A stretch of DNA of 64,000 nt from Candidatus Pacearchaeota archaeon (GTDB taxonomy: Archaea > Nanobdellota > Nanobdellia > Pacearchaeales > GW2011-AR1), in contig JBAZYP010000001.1 of the NCBI GenBank assembly GCA_041659265.1, positions 128,817 to 192,816 of the forward strand, given 5' to 3'. Positions within the stretch are counted from its first letter, which is position 1. Every line of letters begins with the position of its first letter. The notes below the pieces were generated by a model, which did not search any database, was not told where the DNA came from, and saw only the letters and a list, made by a program, of their open reading frames with translations. Position numbers and translations under genes: made by a program. This document shows positions 1-9,232 of the stretch, in pieces.

Positions 1-1287
1 GTTTCAGATATGATAATAAAAGTTCATGGGCCTGATTCAAGAAATATTTATGGGGCTTCAAATGTAATAAATAATCGTTTGTATAATGATGTTAAAGTAA
101 TTAGTTCGAGAGATTATTTCGATGGAACGGTTATTAATGGTGGAGTTAATATAACTAATAATATTATTTATAGTGGTTGTCAAAATGGAATTATTCCTTC
201 ACATAATAGTTTTGTATTTAATAATAGTATAACTTTGCAATCTAGATATACTAATGGATATGCAATTCAAGGTTATGGTAATTTTAATAGTACATTTATT
301 GGAAATATTATAAATTGTGGTAGTGGAAATAATTCTTGCAGAGGAATTTATGCTGGAAGTGAATTTACTGTAAATAAGAGGAATGTTAAAATCTTAAATA
401 ATATTGTTGAAATCCAAGAATTACCTAGGGTGCAGGAATATAGTGGATGTCAAGGTGGAAGTTTATCTGGAGCTTATGGAATACAACTTGAAGCTGCAAC
501 TGATGTTATAATTAGATGGAATAACATAAGTGCAATTGCTAGAGAATGTCCTTCGGCAGCATTTAGAAGAAATGGAAATAATTTAGATAAAGATATAATT
601 GTAGAAAATAATATATTTAATGCAACTAGATATTCTAGTTCGACATCTTTTAATCCTGTCGCTAAAGCATTTTTTGTTTCTTCAGGAGTTAATAATAAAA
701 ATGAAACATTATTATTTAGAAATAATATTTTAATTACAAATCATAGGTTTATTAGTTCTCCTGAAGTAACTAATCTTGAATTTTATTCAAATACTTTTAT
801 TGTTGGAGATAATAAAGAAGAACCCTTTCAACCATTTGTATCTGAAAATTATCAAGGTTATGCAGTTACTTATTATCCTAAGATAAGTAATATAAAATTT
901 ATTGATAATAAATATCAAGATGAATATGTAGCAAATGTATTCAAGAATGCTAGTATATATAAGAAATTTTATGTTTCAATGGGTCTTGATAAAAATTGTT
1001 CATTTTATTATTCTTGGACAACTAATTTAAGTATAATTGATTCAAATAATAATCCTTTAAGTGGTGTTAATGTCATAATAAGAAATGCTTTAAATCAAGA
1101 GATCTATAATGGTTATACGGAATCAAATGGTTTAGTTAGTTTAGTTTTAGATGAATTTTATTATTTCGGTGGAAATAAAACTAATTATAATCCTTATACT
1201 ATTCAAGTTAGTAAAAACGGCTATGATACCTATTCAAAGGAGTTTTATATTAATAATTTAAGTGAGATAAAGGTAGTTTTACAATAG
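1..1287 (+). CDS. parallel beta-helix repeat surface protein with C-terminal CarboxypepD_reg-like beta-sandwich (5' end outside window)
   Basis: The frame is open from base 1, so the listed ATG at 10 is probably internal. N-rich NNxI/NNxF repeats are typical of right-handed beta-helix proteins. The C-terminus (WTTNLSIIDSNNNPLSGVNVIIRN...PYTIQVSKNGYDTYSKEF) aligns by eye with the C-terminus of the 16003..19053 product and with modules in the giant gene. Confidence 0.6.
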   Translation, partial: VSDMIIKVHGPDSRNIYGASNVINNRLYNDVKVISSRDYFDGTVINGGVNITNNIIYSGCQNGIIPSHNSFVFNNSITLQSRYTNGYAIQGYGNFNSTFIGNIINCGSGNNSCRGIYAGSEFTVNKRNVKILNNIVEIQELPRVQEYSGCQGGSLSGAYGIQLEAATDVIIRWNNISAIARECPSAAFRRNGNNLDKDIIVENNIFNATRYSSSTSFNPVAKAFFVSSGVNNKNETLLFRNNILITNHRFISSPEVTNLEFYSNTFIVGDNKEEPFQPFVSENYQGYAVTYYPKISNIKFIDNKYQDEYVANVFKNASIYKKFYVSMGLDKNCSFYYSWTTNLSIIDSNNNPLSGVNVIIRNALNQEIYNGYTESNGLVSLVLDEFYYFGGNKTNYNPYTIQVSKNGYDTYSKEFYINNLSEIKVVLQ

Positions 1288-1395
1288 TTTAATATAATTA
1301 ATAAATTAAAATAACTTAAAACATCTATTATTATATTAAAACAATCCTTTTTTTCTTTCCATAATATTTATATATATAAGAACCAAATAGATTAT

Positions 1396-1995
1396 ATGAA
1401 AGAGAGGGCATTATTGACGATATTTATATTTTTATTTGTAGTCTCGAGCATGATGATAATTGTTGAAAATACGTTAACTAATAGGCAAATGACTGGATTT
1501 GCCGTTGAAGGGTATGCTACTTCAAATGTTACAATTTCTAAATATCTTTCAATATCCATGTCTCCAAATCTAACTACAGGTATTTTATTTGGAACTATTG
1601 ATGTATTACCTGCTGTTGATATTAATGCAAGTGGAAATAATAATAGTGATGGAGGATTATCTACCTTTTATATAAATGTTTCATCTGATTCTAATACTCC
1701 TGTTGATTTTTGTATAAAAGCTAATACTAATTTTTATGATGGTGGAGGAGCTAATACTCTAGGTGCTGGAAATGAGAGTTTTAGCAATGCTACATCAACA
1801 ACTGCAACAAGTCCTACATTAGTTGATCAGTTACCCTTAACCACTGGTTATGTAAAAGCAGGATTTAATTCAACAAGAGGACAATCTGTTTTTTATAGAT
1901 TTTGGCTAGATGTTCCTTCTGGAACTCCATCAGGAAGTTATAATAATACAGTAAACTTTAAAGGAGTAGAGGTAGCTGCTGTTTGTGGAAGCTAA
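1396..1995 (+). CDS. secreted or membrane-anchored small beta-sandwich-like protein (hypothetical)
   Basis: ATG start with an N-terminal hydrophobic helix followed by a TGFAV motif. It is N/S/T-rich with many N-x-S/T sequons. It is the first gene of a tightly spaced three-gene operon. Confidence 0.55.
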   Translation: MKERALLTIFIFLFVVSSMMIIVENTLTNRQMTGFAVEGYATSNVTISKYLSISMSPNLTTGILFGTIDVLPAVDINASGNNNSDGGLSTFYINVSSDSNTPVDFCIKANTNFYDGGGANTLGAGNESFSNATSTTATSPTLVDQLPLTTGYVKAGFNSTRGQSVFYRFWLDVPSGTPSGSYNNTVNFKGVEVAAVCGS

Positions 1996-2003
1996 AAATA
2001 AAA

Positions 2004-2657
2004 ATGAAAAATAATACAATCTTAATATCAATCGCATTATTATTAGCAATAAATTTAGTTAGTGCTGGTGTTGGAATAAAATGGGATAAAGAATCTAGTC
2101 TTGTTAAGGAAGGAGAAAAGACCTGCATAACTTATAAGGTATATAATCCCTGGCCTGAAGAAAACTGGGTAACTATTGAATTATCTGAAGAATTAAAACC
2201 AATATTAATTGAACAAGAGGTTGATACTAAATTAATTCCTGCTAATACCCCTAGTTCTCAAGCTATACCTGTAAATTTTTGTTTTAAAGTACCTATTATT
2301 TATGAAGAAGATTGTTTATTAATGGATAAATTCATCTGTAAAAAAGATTATCAGGGTGAAATTAAGAATTATAAAGGGGAAGTTTTAGTTAAATCTGTTC
2401 AAGCTCCAACTAAAATAGGTGGTTCAGGTGGATCGGCTACTGCTATGGCTGTTTCAGCACCTTTAGCAATAAAAGTTGAACCTAAAAATCATGCTAGAAA
2501 TTTTGCTTTGATTTATGGGATAATTGCTTTATTATCTTTATTATTTATAATCATATTATTATATAAAAGATATAGCAGATCAGATCTTGAAAGAGATGAA
2601 GATAGACTCAGGAAATTAAAGGATAGAATCAAAAAAGAAAAATCAAAAAAGAAATAA
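2004..2657 (+). CDS. surface protein with signal peptide and C-terminal TM anchor plus K/R/E-rich tail (hypothetical)
   Basis: The ORF track start at 1983 is TTG; the first ATG at 2004 gives MKNNTILISIALLLAINLVSA, a signal peptide. The C-terminal helix FALIYGIIALLSLLFIIILLY is followed by a charged tail. Confidence 0.55.
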   Translation: MKNNTILISIALLLAINLVSAGVGIKWDKESSLVKEGEKTCITYKVYNPWPEENWVTIELSEELKPILIEQEVDTKLIPANTPSSQAIPVNFCFKVPIIYEEDCLLMDKFICKKDYQGEIKNYKGEVLVKSVQAPTKIGGSGGSATAMAVSAPLAIKVEPKNHARNFALIYGIIALLSLLFIIILLYKRYSRSDLERDEDRLRKLKDRIKKEKSKKK

Positions 2658-2679
2658 TAAAGGATGCAATTAAAATTTC

Positions 2680-4263
2680 ATGAAGAGAATTGGAGAAAAG
2701 AATTCTAGATTTAAGAAAAATAAAATTATTAATGATTTTAAAACAGTTAAACCTAGAAAAGAAACATTATTTTCTCTTGAATCTTCATATTTAATCTATA
2801 AAGTTTTATTTTTTGTTTGTTTAGTTTATTTAATTATATTGTTCTTATCTTTTGCAAGATTTTCAGGTTTTGCAGTATCAACAGTTTCAAGTTTTGGAGT
2901 AGATGTTGGTTTAAATGTATTATATTTTGAATTTAAAGATGGTCTTTCTACAACCGATTTTATTCATATGACTGATCAACAATTAGAAAATGTATCTAAT
3001 ATGACTTTGGAAGTAAGTGGTTCTGGAAAAATTGAATTTTTAGATCATGTTAATTTAGCCTTAGATAGTATTAATGATGTTATAGATTTAGATTCTAATA
3101 TTAATATTTCTAATGCCAATATTAATTATGATGGGAATGCTTTAACTTCTATAAGTGAGAAATCAGCAAGACTTACATTTAATGGAATCACTTTTTTTAA
3201 TCCGCGATTAAGAAAAGATGGTTCTTTATGCACTTTAACCTGTGAATTAGTAAGTTATGGTGGTGGAACTTATATAACTCTAGTTAATTATTCTGGGAAT
3301 TATGTTTTAGAAGAAACTCCTTATTGTGGAGATAATACGTGTAATTCGAATGAAGGTGAAACTTGTGGAAGTTGTGTAAATGATTGTGGTTTTTGTCCTG
3401 ATGTAACTCCACCAGTTATAACTACACCAAGTACTTCTGCACCAGCAAGCGGAGGAGGTGGAGGGGGTGGAGCTGCATTTGTTAGTTCAGTAAGTACTAT
3501 ATTTGTAAAATCTTCTTTATTGTTTGATAAAGAACTTATTAAATTATCTTTAAAACAAGGAGAAAGTTCAACCGAGTATGTTTATATCTCTAATGACGCT
3601 TTAAATGATATATTTGTTAATTTAACTTCTTCTTCACTTGATAATTTTTTATTAATCCCTGAACCAGGTTTAACAATAAAATCAAAACAATCAGTTAAAG
3701 TTAGATTGGATTTTAATGTTAAAGAAACAGAAAATCCTGATTCTTATTTTGGAAAAATCAATCTTAAAAATTCTGATGGTTCTAAGAATACAATTTCAGT
3801 GATATTGGATGTAAAAGAAAAAAAACCTTTATTTGATATAAAAACTAAAGTTCAAAGAAAGATAATATTACCGGGTACTAAAATAAAAGCAAATATAGAT
3901 TTAATTAATATGGGAGATTTTAGTAATGTTGATGTTGTACTTTATTATTCAATAAAAGATATGGAAGGAAAGGTATTATCCTTTTCTCAAGAATCATTAG
4001 CTGTGCAAAAAAGATTGTCTGTAACTAGAGAACTTGAAATTCCTATCTATAATGAGGGAGATTATATCTTTTATTCAACGGTTACCTATGCTAATACTAC
4101 TGCAATATCTTCTGATCATTTTAAAATAGCATTACAAGAAGAATTTCCTATAAAATTGAATGATCCAAGACTTATTTCTTTAGTAATTGGATTAATCTTA
4201 TTTATATTATTCTATATTATATATAGATATATTAGAAGAAGGATGCCGAGATATGTAGAATAA
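2680..4263 (+). CDS. large membrane-anchored surface protein (Cys-rich CGDxxC module, poly-Gly linker, Ig/CARDB-like domains, C-terminal TM)
   Basis: An N-terminal TM is followed by an SGFAV motif. Further features are CGDNTCNSNEGETCGSCVNDCGFCP, a GGGGGGG linker, and a C-terminal helix LISLVIGLILFILFYIIY followed by RYIRRR. Confidence 0.6.
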   Translation: MKRIGEKNSRFKKNKIINDFKTVKPRKETLFSLESSYLIYKVLFFVCLVYLIILFLSFARFSGFAVSTVSSFGVDVGLNVLYFEFKDGLSTTDFIHMTDQQLENVSNMTLEVSGSGKIEFLDHVNLALDSINDVIDLDSNINISNANINYDGNALTSISEKSARLTFNGITFFNPRLRKDGSLCTLTCELVSYGGGTYITLVNYSGNYVLEETPYCGDNTCNSNEGETCGSCVNDCGFCPDVTPPVITTPSTSAPASGGGGGGGAAFVSSVSTIFVKSSLLFDKELIKLSLKQGESSTEYVYISNDALNDIFVNLTSSSLDNFLLIPEPGLTIKSKQSVKVRLDFNVKETENPDSYFGKINLKNSDGSKNTISVILDVKEKKPLFDIKTKVQRKIILPGTKIKANIDLINMGDFSNVDVVLYYSIKDMEGKVLSFSQESLAVQKRLSVTRELEIPIYNEGDYIFYSTVTYANTTAISSDHFKIALQEEFPIKLNDPRLISLVIGLILFILFYIIYRYIRRRMPRYVE

Positions 4264-4455
4264 AACTTAGTTAAAAAATACTATTTAGTATTTTTTAGCT
4301 AGATAAGAATGTTAATTTAATTGAAGTGAATTCAATTAAATTAGGTAAAGAATGCCGAGATATGTAGAATAAAACTTAGTTAAAAAATACTATTTAGTAT
4401 TTTTTAGCTAGATAAGAATGTTAATTTAATTGAAGTGAATTCAATTAAATTAGGT
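4243..4455. repeat. perfect tandem duplication (2 x 104 bp, period 109 bp) of the last 7 codons of the 2680..4263 CDS plus two downstream hairpins
   Basis: atgccgagatatgtagaataaaacttag...attaggt occurs at 4243-4346 and again at 4352-4455. It contains the hairpins aaaaatacta/tagtattttt and taatttaattgaa/ttcaattaaatta. Confidence 0.9.
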
Positions 4456-4614
4456 TTAGTTTGATTTGTATGAAATTTTGGTAATATTAATTTTCTAAGA
4501 GATTTTTAATTTAAGAAAGAGACATTTGTTAAAAATTATTAATGGAAATATAAAAATTGTAAAAAAACTTCCCTAATATATTTTATTTGGATAATCGTTA
4601 AATTTATATATGTG

Positions 4615-4628
4615 TATGCATATGCATA
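4615..4628. promoter_or_regulatory. 14-bp perfect palindrome tatgcatatgcata between a TATA-like box and the vapB start (candidate VapB operator)
   Basis: The palindrome was read directly. It lies 4 nt upstream of the ATG at 4632 and downstream of aaatttatata. Confidence 0.3.
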
Positions 4629-4631
4629 TGT

Positions 4632-4862
4632 ATGGTAAAAGTAATTTCTCTTTCAAATGATGCATATGAAAAATTGAAAGCTATAAAAAATGGAAAATCA
4701 TTTTCAGAGGTAGTTGTTGAACTTGTTGAATCTAAAAATAAGAATAAAAAAGACAGAAAAAAGTTTGCAGGAATTTTTAAAGATGATGATGAATGGGAAA
4801 AAATAATGGAAGATATAGATATGGATAGAAATAATTTTAAATTAAGAGAGGTAAAAATTTGA
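4632..4862 (+). CDS. vapB: VapB-type antitoxin (archaeal PF02697-like)
   Basis: The N-terminus VISLSNDAYEKLKAIKNGKSFSEVVVEL matches the archaeal VapB antitoxin pattern. A 4-nt ATGA overlap joins it to the downstream PIN gene. Confidence 0.7.
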   Translation: MVKVISLSNDAYEKLKAIKNGKSFSEVVVELVESKNKNKKDRKKFAGIFKDDDEWEKIMEDIDMDRNNFKLREVKI

Positions 4863-5251
4863 TGTATTGTCTTGATACAAATATAATAGTGAATTATCTT
4901 AGAGGTGATAAACAAACAATTTTTAAAATTAATGAGCTTAATGAAGATTGTGAATTATTTGTTACTCCATTAACTTTATGTGAGTTATATAGGGGAGCTT
5001 ATTTATCTAAAGATTCTGAAATTAAAGTAAGATTAATAAAAGAGTTCATTGGTTCGTTTGTTTTGTTAGAATTTAATGAAAAAGTTTCTCTGGAGTATGG
5101 AAAAGAATATTCAAGATTAAAAAAGCTTGGTAAAATAACTGAAAATATTGATTTGATGATTGCTTGTTTTGCTAAAACTAATAATCTTATTTTAGTTACA
5201 AGAAATAAAAAACATTTTGAAAATATTGGAATTAAAATTGAAAGTTGGTAG
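4859..5251 (+). CDS. vapC: PIN-domain ribonuclease toxin VapC
   Basis: It has an N-terminal LDTNIIV motif with acidic residues spaced as in PIN domains, is 130 aa long, and is translationally coupled to vapB. Confidence 0.8.
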   Translation: MMYCLDTNIIVNYLRGDKQTIFKINELNEDCELFVTPLTLCELYRGAYLSKDSEIKVRLIKEFIGSFVLLEFNEKVSLEYGKEYSRLKKLGKITENIDLMIACFAKTNNLILVTRNKKHFENIGIKIESW

Positions 5252-5271
5252 AAATTAATTTTATTATAAAA

Positions 5272-7614
5272 CTATTCTGAAGACGTTGTTCCATCATCGT
5301 CTTCTGCTTTAAATGTTTCTTTCTTTTGTCTAGATGGACATTCCTTGTTGAAACAAAGATTCCATGGTCTTTTTGCTTTTTTTATTGCTAAAACCATTGG
5401 CCATGAACAATGTTCACAGGTTTTATTGAGGTTTTTAACCAGATATCCTGATGGAAGGCTATAGGTTTGTTTGCAATTTGGATAAGATGAACATGCTATA
5501 AAATAACTTCTAAATCTAGGTGAAAACTTGATTTCTAGGTCTCCAGTATTACATGTTGGGCATTTGTAATTTAATTTATTTGCTTCTTTTTCCTGGTCCC
5601 ATTGATTTTGAGTTGCTTGAACAAGTTCAGTACCTATCTTTTTTTCATTTTTTCTTAAATCTTCTGAAATTGTTTTAAGTGCGTTCTCTGCTAAATCTAG
5701 AACATGTTTTGATTTTATATTTAAATCTTTTTTAGATGTTCTAATTATATCCATGTCTTTTTCAATTTCTCTAGTTAGTTTTTCATCAATAATTATTGAA
5801 GAGAATTTTTCTAATGTATCAATTAGTTTTATACCTAGTTCTGTTGCTTTTATTGAAGTATCTTTAACGTAATTTCTGTCGTAAAGAGTTTCAAGAATGG
5901 CTGCTCTTGTTGCTTTTGTACCTAGATTTCTTTTTTCAAGTTCAGAAACTATTGAAGCTGGAGAATATCTTTTTGGCGGTTGTGTTTCTTTTTCTTCTAT
6001 TTTAACATTATCAATATTAACTTCTCCATTGAAATCTTTTATTTCTTTTTCAACTTTGTTTGCAGGATAGACATTCATCCAACCTGGTTCTAGAATTTCC
6101 ATACCTTTTTCATTAAATTTTAAATCATTAATTATTACTTCTATTTTCTTATTTTCTAATTCTGCATCCTCACAAAAACATGAGATAAATCTCTTTACAA
6201 TAAGATTGTATATTTTTTCATCATATCCTTCTAATTTTTCAAAGTTGCCTGTGGGCATAATTGATGGATGCGCTGGATCTGATTTTTTACCTTCTACTGG
6301 TTTTGAACGAGTGGCGAGTTTTACTTCCTTGTAGTTTTTAGATAATCTTTCTAGAATTTTTTTAGGTTCCATTGCATCTGGAATTTTTTGTGAAGAGGTT
6401 CTTGGATAAGAAATTAATCCTGCTAAATATAATTTTTGAGCAACTTGAAGCGCATTTGCAGGAGTTATTGAATGTAACCTGTATGCTTCAGTCTGAAGAC
6501 TTGTCAAATCAAAAGGTGCAGGAGGAATTATTTTTTCTTTTGTTTTTGTAGTAATTGCATTAGCTTTTTTATCTAATAAATTTTTAAATTTTTCTAATTC
6601 AACTTTTTTTGTTATATCTTTATTGTGTTTTACATCTGTAATATTTTTTCCATCATTTATAGTTAGGAATATTTGCCAGTATGGTGTTGGCTTGAATTTT
6701 AATATTTCTTTTTCTTTTTTTACTATTAAATTAAGCGCAGGACCTTGTACACGACCTATTGACATTATTTTAAATTTTCCAGTTGATTTTATAGCAGACA
6801 TTAATGCTCTTGAAAGATTAATTCCATATAACCAGTCAATGAAATGACGAGTTTCTCCTGCAATAGCTTGACCCCAATCTATTGTAGGATGAGAATTATC
6901 ATAAGAGTCTTGCAGTTCTTTAGCTGTTAAAGAAGAGAATTTCATTCTTTTAGCATCTTTTTGACCTGCTAAAAATCGAACTACATTATATCCAATAACT
7001 TCTCCTTCAACATCATAGTCTGTAGCTACAACAATTTCTGAAGCACCTTTAACTAGTTTTTTTATTGTATTATAATATTTTCTTGTAAAATCTTTTTTCT
7101 TAACTTCAAAATTAGGGAACCAGCCAATATCAAAAATAGGATAATTTGTTCCTTTAGCTGTTTGAGATACTGTAAAAAGGTGGCCTACTGCACAAGCTAC
7201 AACTATTTTATTATTTTTTCTTGTTAATTCATAATAGGGCACTCCACTATCAGATTTTTTTGATTCTTTATCTTCAGATAGAGCGGCAGCAATTTTTGCA
7301 GCTGCTTGAGGTTTTTCAGTTATAACAAGAATATATCCTCCTGATTTTAATTTTATATTTTCATTTTTTGCTTCTTTAGATTTTAAATCCAAGGAAGATG
7401 CAGATATTTTTTTAGAAGTAGTTTTTTTTGTTGATGATTTTTTAAAAGTTCTTTTTGCTTTAGGAATAGTTCCAATTTTTTCTATTTTTTCAATTTGTTC
7501 AATGGATGGTTTAGGTTTAACTGGAACTTCAACAGTTTGTCTTATTTTTTCAGGGTCAAATACTTGATATTTTATTTGTTCAGTTGCTTCTGGTGCTATT
7601 TTTTTCTTTGCCAT
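5272..7614 (-). CDS. topA: DNA topoisomerase I (type IA) with C-terminal zinc ribbons and a Lys-rich N-terminal extension
   Basis: Toprim motifs are present (VITEKP, DYDVEGE) with active-site ISYPRTSS. C-terminal CPTC...CSSYPNC and CEHC...C motifs form zinc fingers. Confidence 0.9.
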   Translation of the reverse strand: MAKKKIAPEATEQIKYQVFDPEKIRQTVEVPVKPKPSIEQIEKIEKIGTIPKAKRTFKKSSTKKTTSKKISASSLDLKSKEAKNENIKLKSGGYILVITEKPQAAAKIAAALSEDKESKKSDSGVPYYELTRKNNKIVVACAVGHLFTVSQTAKGTNYPIFDIGWFPNFEVKKKDFTRKYYNTIKKLVKGASEIVVATDYDVEGEVIGYNVVRFLAGQKDAKRMKFSSLTAKELQDSYDNSHPTIDWGQAIAGETRHFIDWLYGINLSRALMSAIKSTGKFKIMSIGRVQGPALNLIVKKEKEILKFKPTPYWQIFLTINDGKNITDVKHNKDITKKVELEKFKNLLDKKANAITTKTKEKIIPPAPFDLTSLQTEAYRLHSITPANALQVAQKLYLAGLISYPRTSSQKIPDAMEPKKILERLSKNYKEVKLATRSKPVEGKKSDPAHPSIMPTGNFEKLEGYDEKIYNLIVKRFISCFCEDAELENKKIEVIINDLKFNEKGMEILEPGWMNVYPANKVEKEIKDFNGEVNIDNVKIEEKETQPPKRYSPASIVSELEKRNLGTKATRAAILETLYDRNYVKDTSIKATELGIKLIDTLEKFSSIIIDEKLTREIEKDMDIIRTSKKDLNIKSKHVLDLAENALKTISEDLRKNEKKIGTELVQATQNQWDQEKEANKLNYKCPTCNTGDLEIKFSPRFRSYFIACSSYPNCKQTYSLPSGYLVKNLNKTCEHCSWPMVLAIKKAKRPWNLCFNKECPSRQKKETFKAEDDDGTTSSE

Positions 7615-7741
7615 ATTTTAAAAGATACTATTTAATTATAAAAAGAATCTTTATTAAATGAACCTAAAACCCTAGGTTTATAAACATTAGCTTATCGCCT
7701 TTAAATTAATTTTCTAAATAAACAAATGAATTTTAATTTTT

Positions 7742-8584
7742 TTATTCTTGGATATTATTTATTTCTTTTAATCTTTTATTTGCATCTATTGAAGATAAAA
7801 ACATTTTCCAGAAAATTTTAGTTAACCATTCATTCCATTCTTTATTTTTAATTGTATAAAATATGAATATTTTTTTATCAAGTTCAAAATCCCTTCCAGT
7901 TGGTTCTTTTATTTCTTTTATATTTATTAATTTATCATCAATTATTGTTGCTCTTAATGGTTGTTCTTTATGCCTTATTTGGATAAGTTCTTTTCCATAT
8001 TTATAATTTAAGGATAATAATTTTTCAACATTTTTTTTACTAGCAATATCCACTCTACATACTACTTTGATTGAAATTCCTTTTTTTGCTAAATTTTCTA
8101 ATACGCTAAAAACTTTTATTTTTCCATCATCAAAATTTATGAATGAAAGATTGCCTGAATAAAATAATATTTGTTTTTTTGCATCAAGAAGTAATTTTTC
8201 AAAATCATTTAATCTACCTGCTTTTGATTCGTTTTCTCCTTTTTTAATCCAAGCAAATTTATCTTTTTCAGGAATATGCTGATATATATCAAATGGTGCA
8301 AAATCAAATTTGCTTCTACCATTAATAATTGATTTTTCTAATTCTTCTTGAAATAAAGATTGACTAGCTTTTTCTAAACCAGTAAAATAAACTATTTTTA
8401 ATGCCCCACGTGTACCTTCTCTAAAAACTCTAGTTGAAATTGTTCCAAAATTTTTTTCAATCTCTCTAATATATCTATCTGCTGTTCTCCAATTTTTTTT
8501 TATTTCTTTAGCTATTTCATCAACTGAACGTGGTTTAGATATAACAAAATCCTCTATTTTTTTTATTATGTTAGGTGTTAACAT
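7742..8584 (-). CDS. TrmB-like winged-helix transcriptional regulator with PLD-like C-terminal domain
   Basis: The likely start is the internal ATG at 8584 (MLTPNIIKK), because the upstream extension is hydrophobic junk. The wHTH reads SVDEIAKEIKKNWRTADRYIREIEK. The C-terminal domain call is inference only. Confidence 0.45.
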   Translation of the reverse strand: MLTPNIIKKIEDFVISKPRSVDEIAKEIKKNWRTADRYIREIEKNFGTISTRVFREGTRGALKIVYFTGLEKASQSLFQEELEKSIINGRSKFDFAPFDIYQHIPEKDKFAWIKKGENESKAGRLNDFEKLLLDAKKQILFYSGNLSFINFDDGKIKVFSVLENLAKKGISIKVVCRVDIASKKNVEKLLSLNYKYGKELIQIRHKEQPLRATIIDDKLINIKEIKEPTGRDFELDKKIFIFYTIKNKEWNEWLTKIFWKMFLSSIDANKRLKEINNIQE

Positions 8585-8687
8585 AATGATAATTATAAAT
8601 TGAAATATATAAGCTTTTTTGGTATACAACACTATTGACAAATTTTTGTGAATAATTTTCATATATAATACAACTCTATACTATATT

Positions 8688-9230
8688 ATGGATAATAAAA
8701 AAGGTGATAGGAAGTTTGTTCTAACAGGGGGAGCTAGTTGTGGTAAAACTACTTTATTAGGGGAATTAAGGAGAAGAGGTTATCAAGTAATTGAAGAAGC
8801 GGCTACAGATATTTTGGAAGATAGGGCAGATAGGATAGTAAATTCAGAAGAGATTGAATTAAGACAGAAATTAATATTTAGAAGAAGTTTAAGAAGAGAA
8901 AATTATGATTTTGGTTCGAATATGGTTTTTTTTGATAGGGGATTAGTTGATTGTTTAGTTTATTCTCAATATTATCTTGGAAGAATTCCTGATGAAATTA
9001 AAAATTTTGATTGTTCTAAAAGATATGATGATATTTTTGTTCTTGATAGACTCAATTTTGAAAAAAATCATGTAAGAATAGAAAAAGATAACGATGAAGC
9101 AGAAAAAATTCATCAACTTATAATTGAATATTATAAAATTAATGGATATAATCCGATTTTTGTCCCATTAATGAAAGTTGAAGAAAGAGCGTATTTTATA
9201 TTAAATTATTTGAAAGGAGGTGAAATCTAA
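8688..9230 (+). CDS. P-loop ATPase/kinase (AAA_28 / NadR-kinase-like, COG3911-like)
   Basis: The Walker A motif is GGASCGKTT. Its size of about 180 aa fits, and it is the first gene of a four-gene operon. Confidence 0.6.
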   Translation: MDNKKGDRKFVLTGGASCGKTTLLGELRRRGYQVIEEAATDILEDRADRIVNSEEIELRQKLIFRRSLRRENYDFGSNMVFFDRGLVDCLVYSQYYLGRIPDEIKNFDCSKRYDDIFVLDRLNFEKNHVRIEKDNDEAEKIHQLIIEYYKINGYNPIFVPLMKVEERAYFILNYLKGGEI

Positions 9231-9232
9231 AA

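Noticed and set aside
4604-4915. 103-aa minus-strand ORF antisense to vapB/vapC
   Set aside because: Its product is low-complexity and rich in S, F, I and L, and it fully overlaps a well-supported TA pair on the other strand.
6623-6847. 74-aa plus-strand ORF inside topA
   Set aside because: It is antisense to a strongly supported gene and has no motif.
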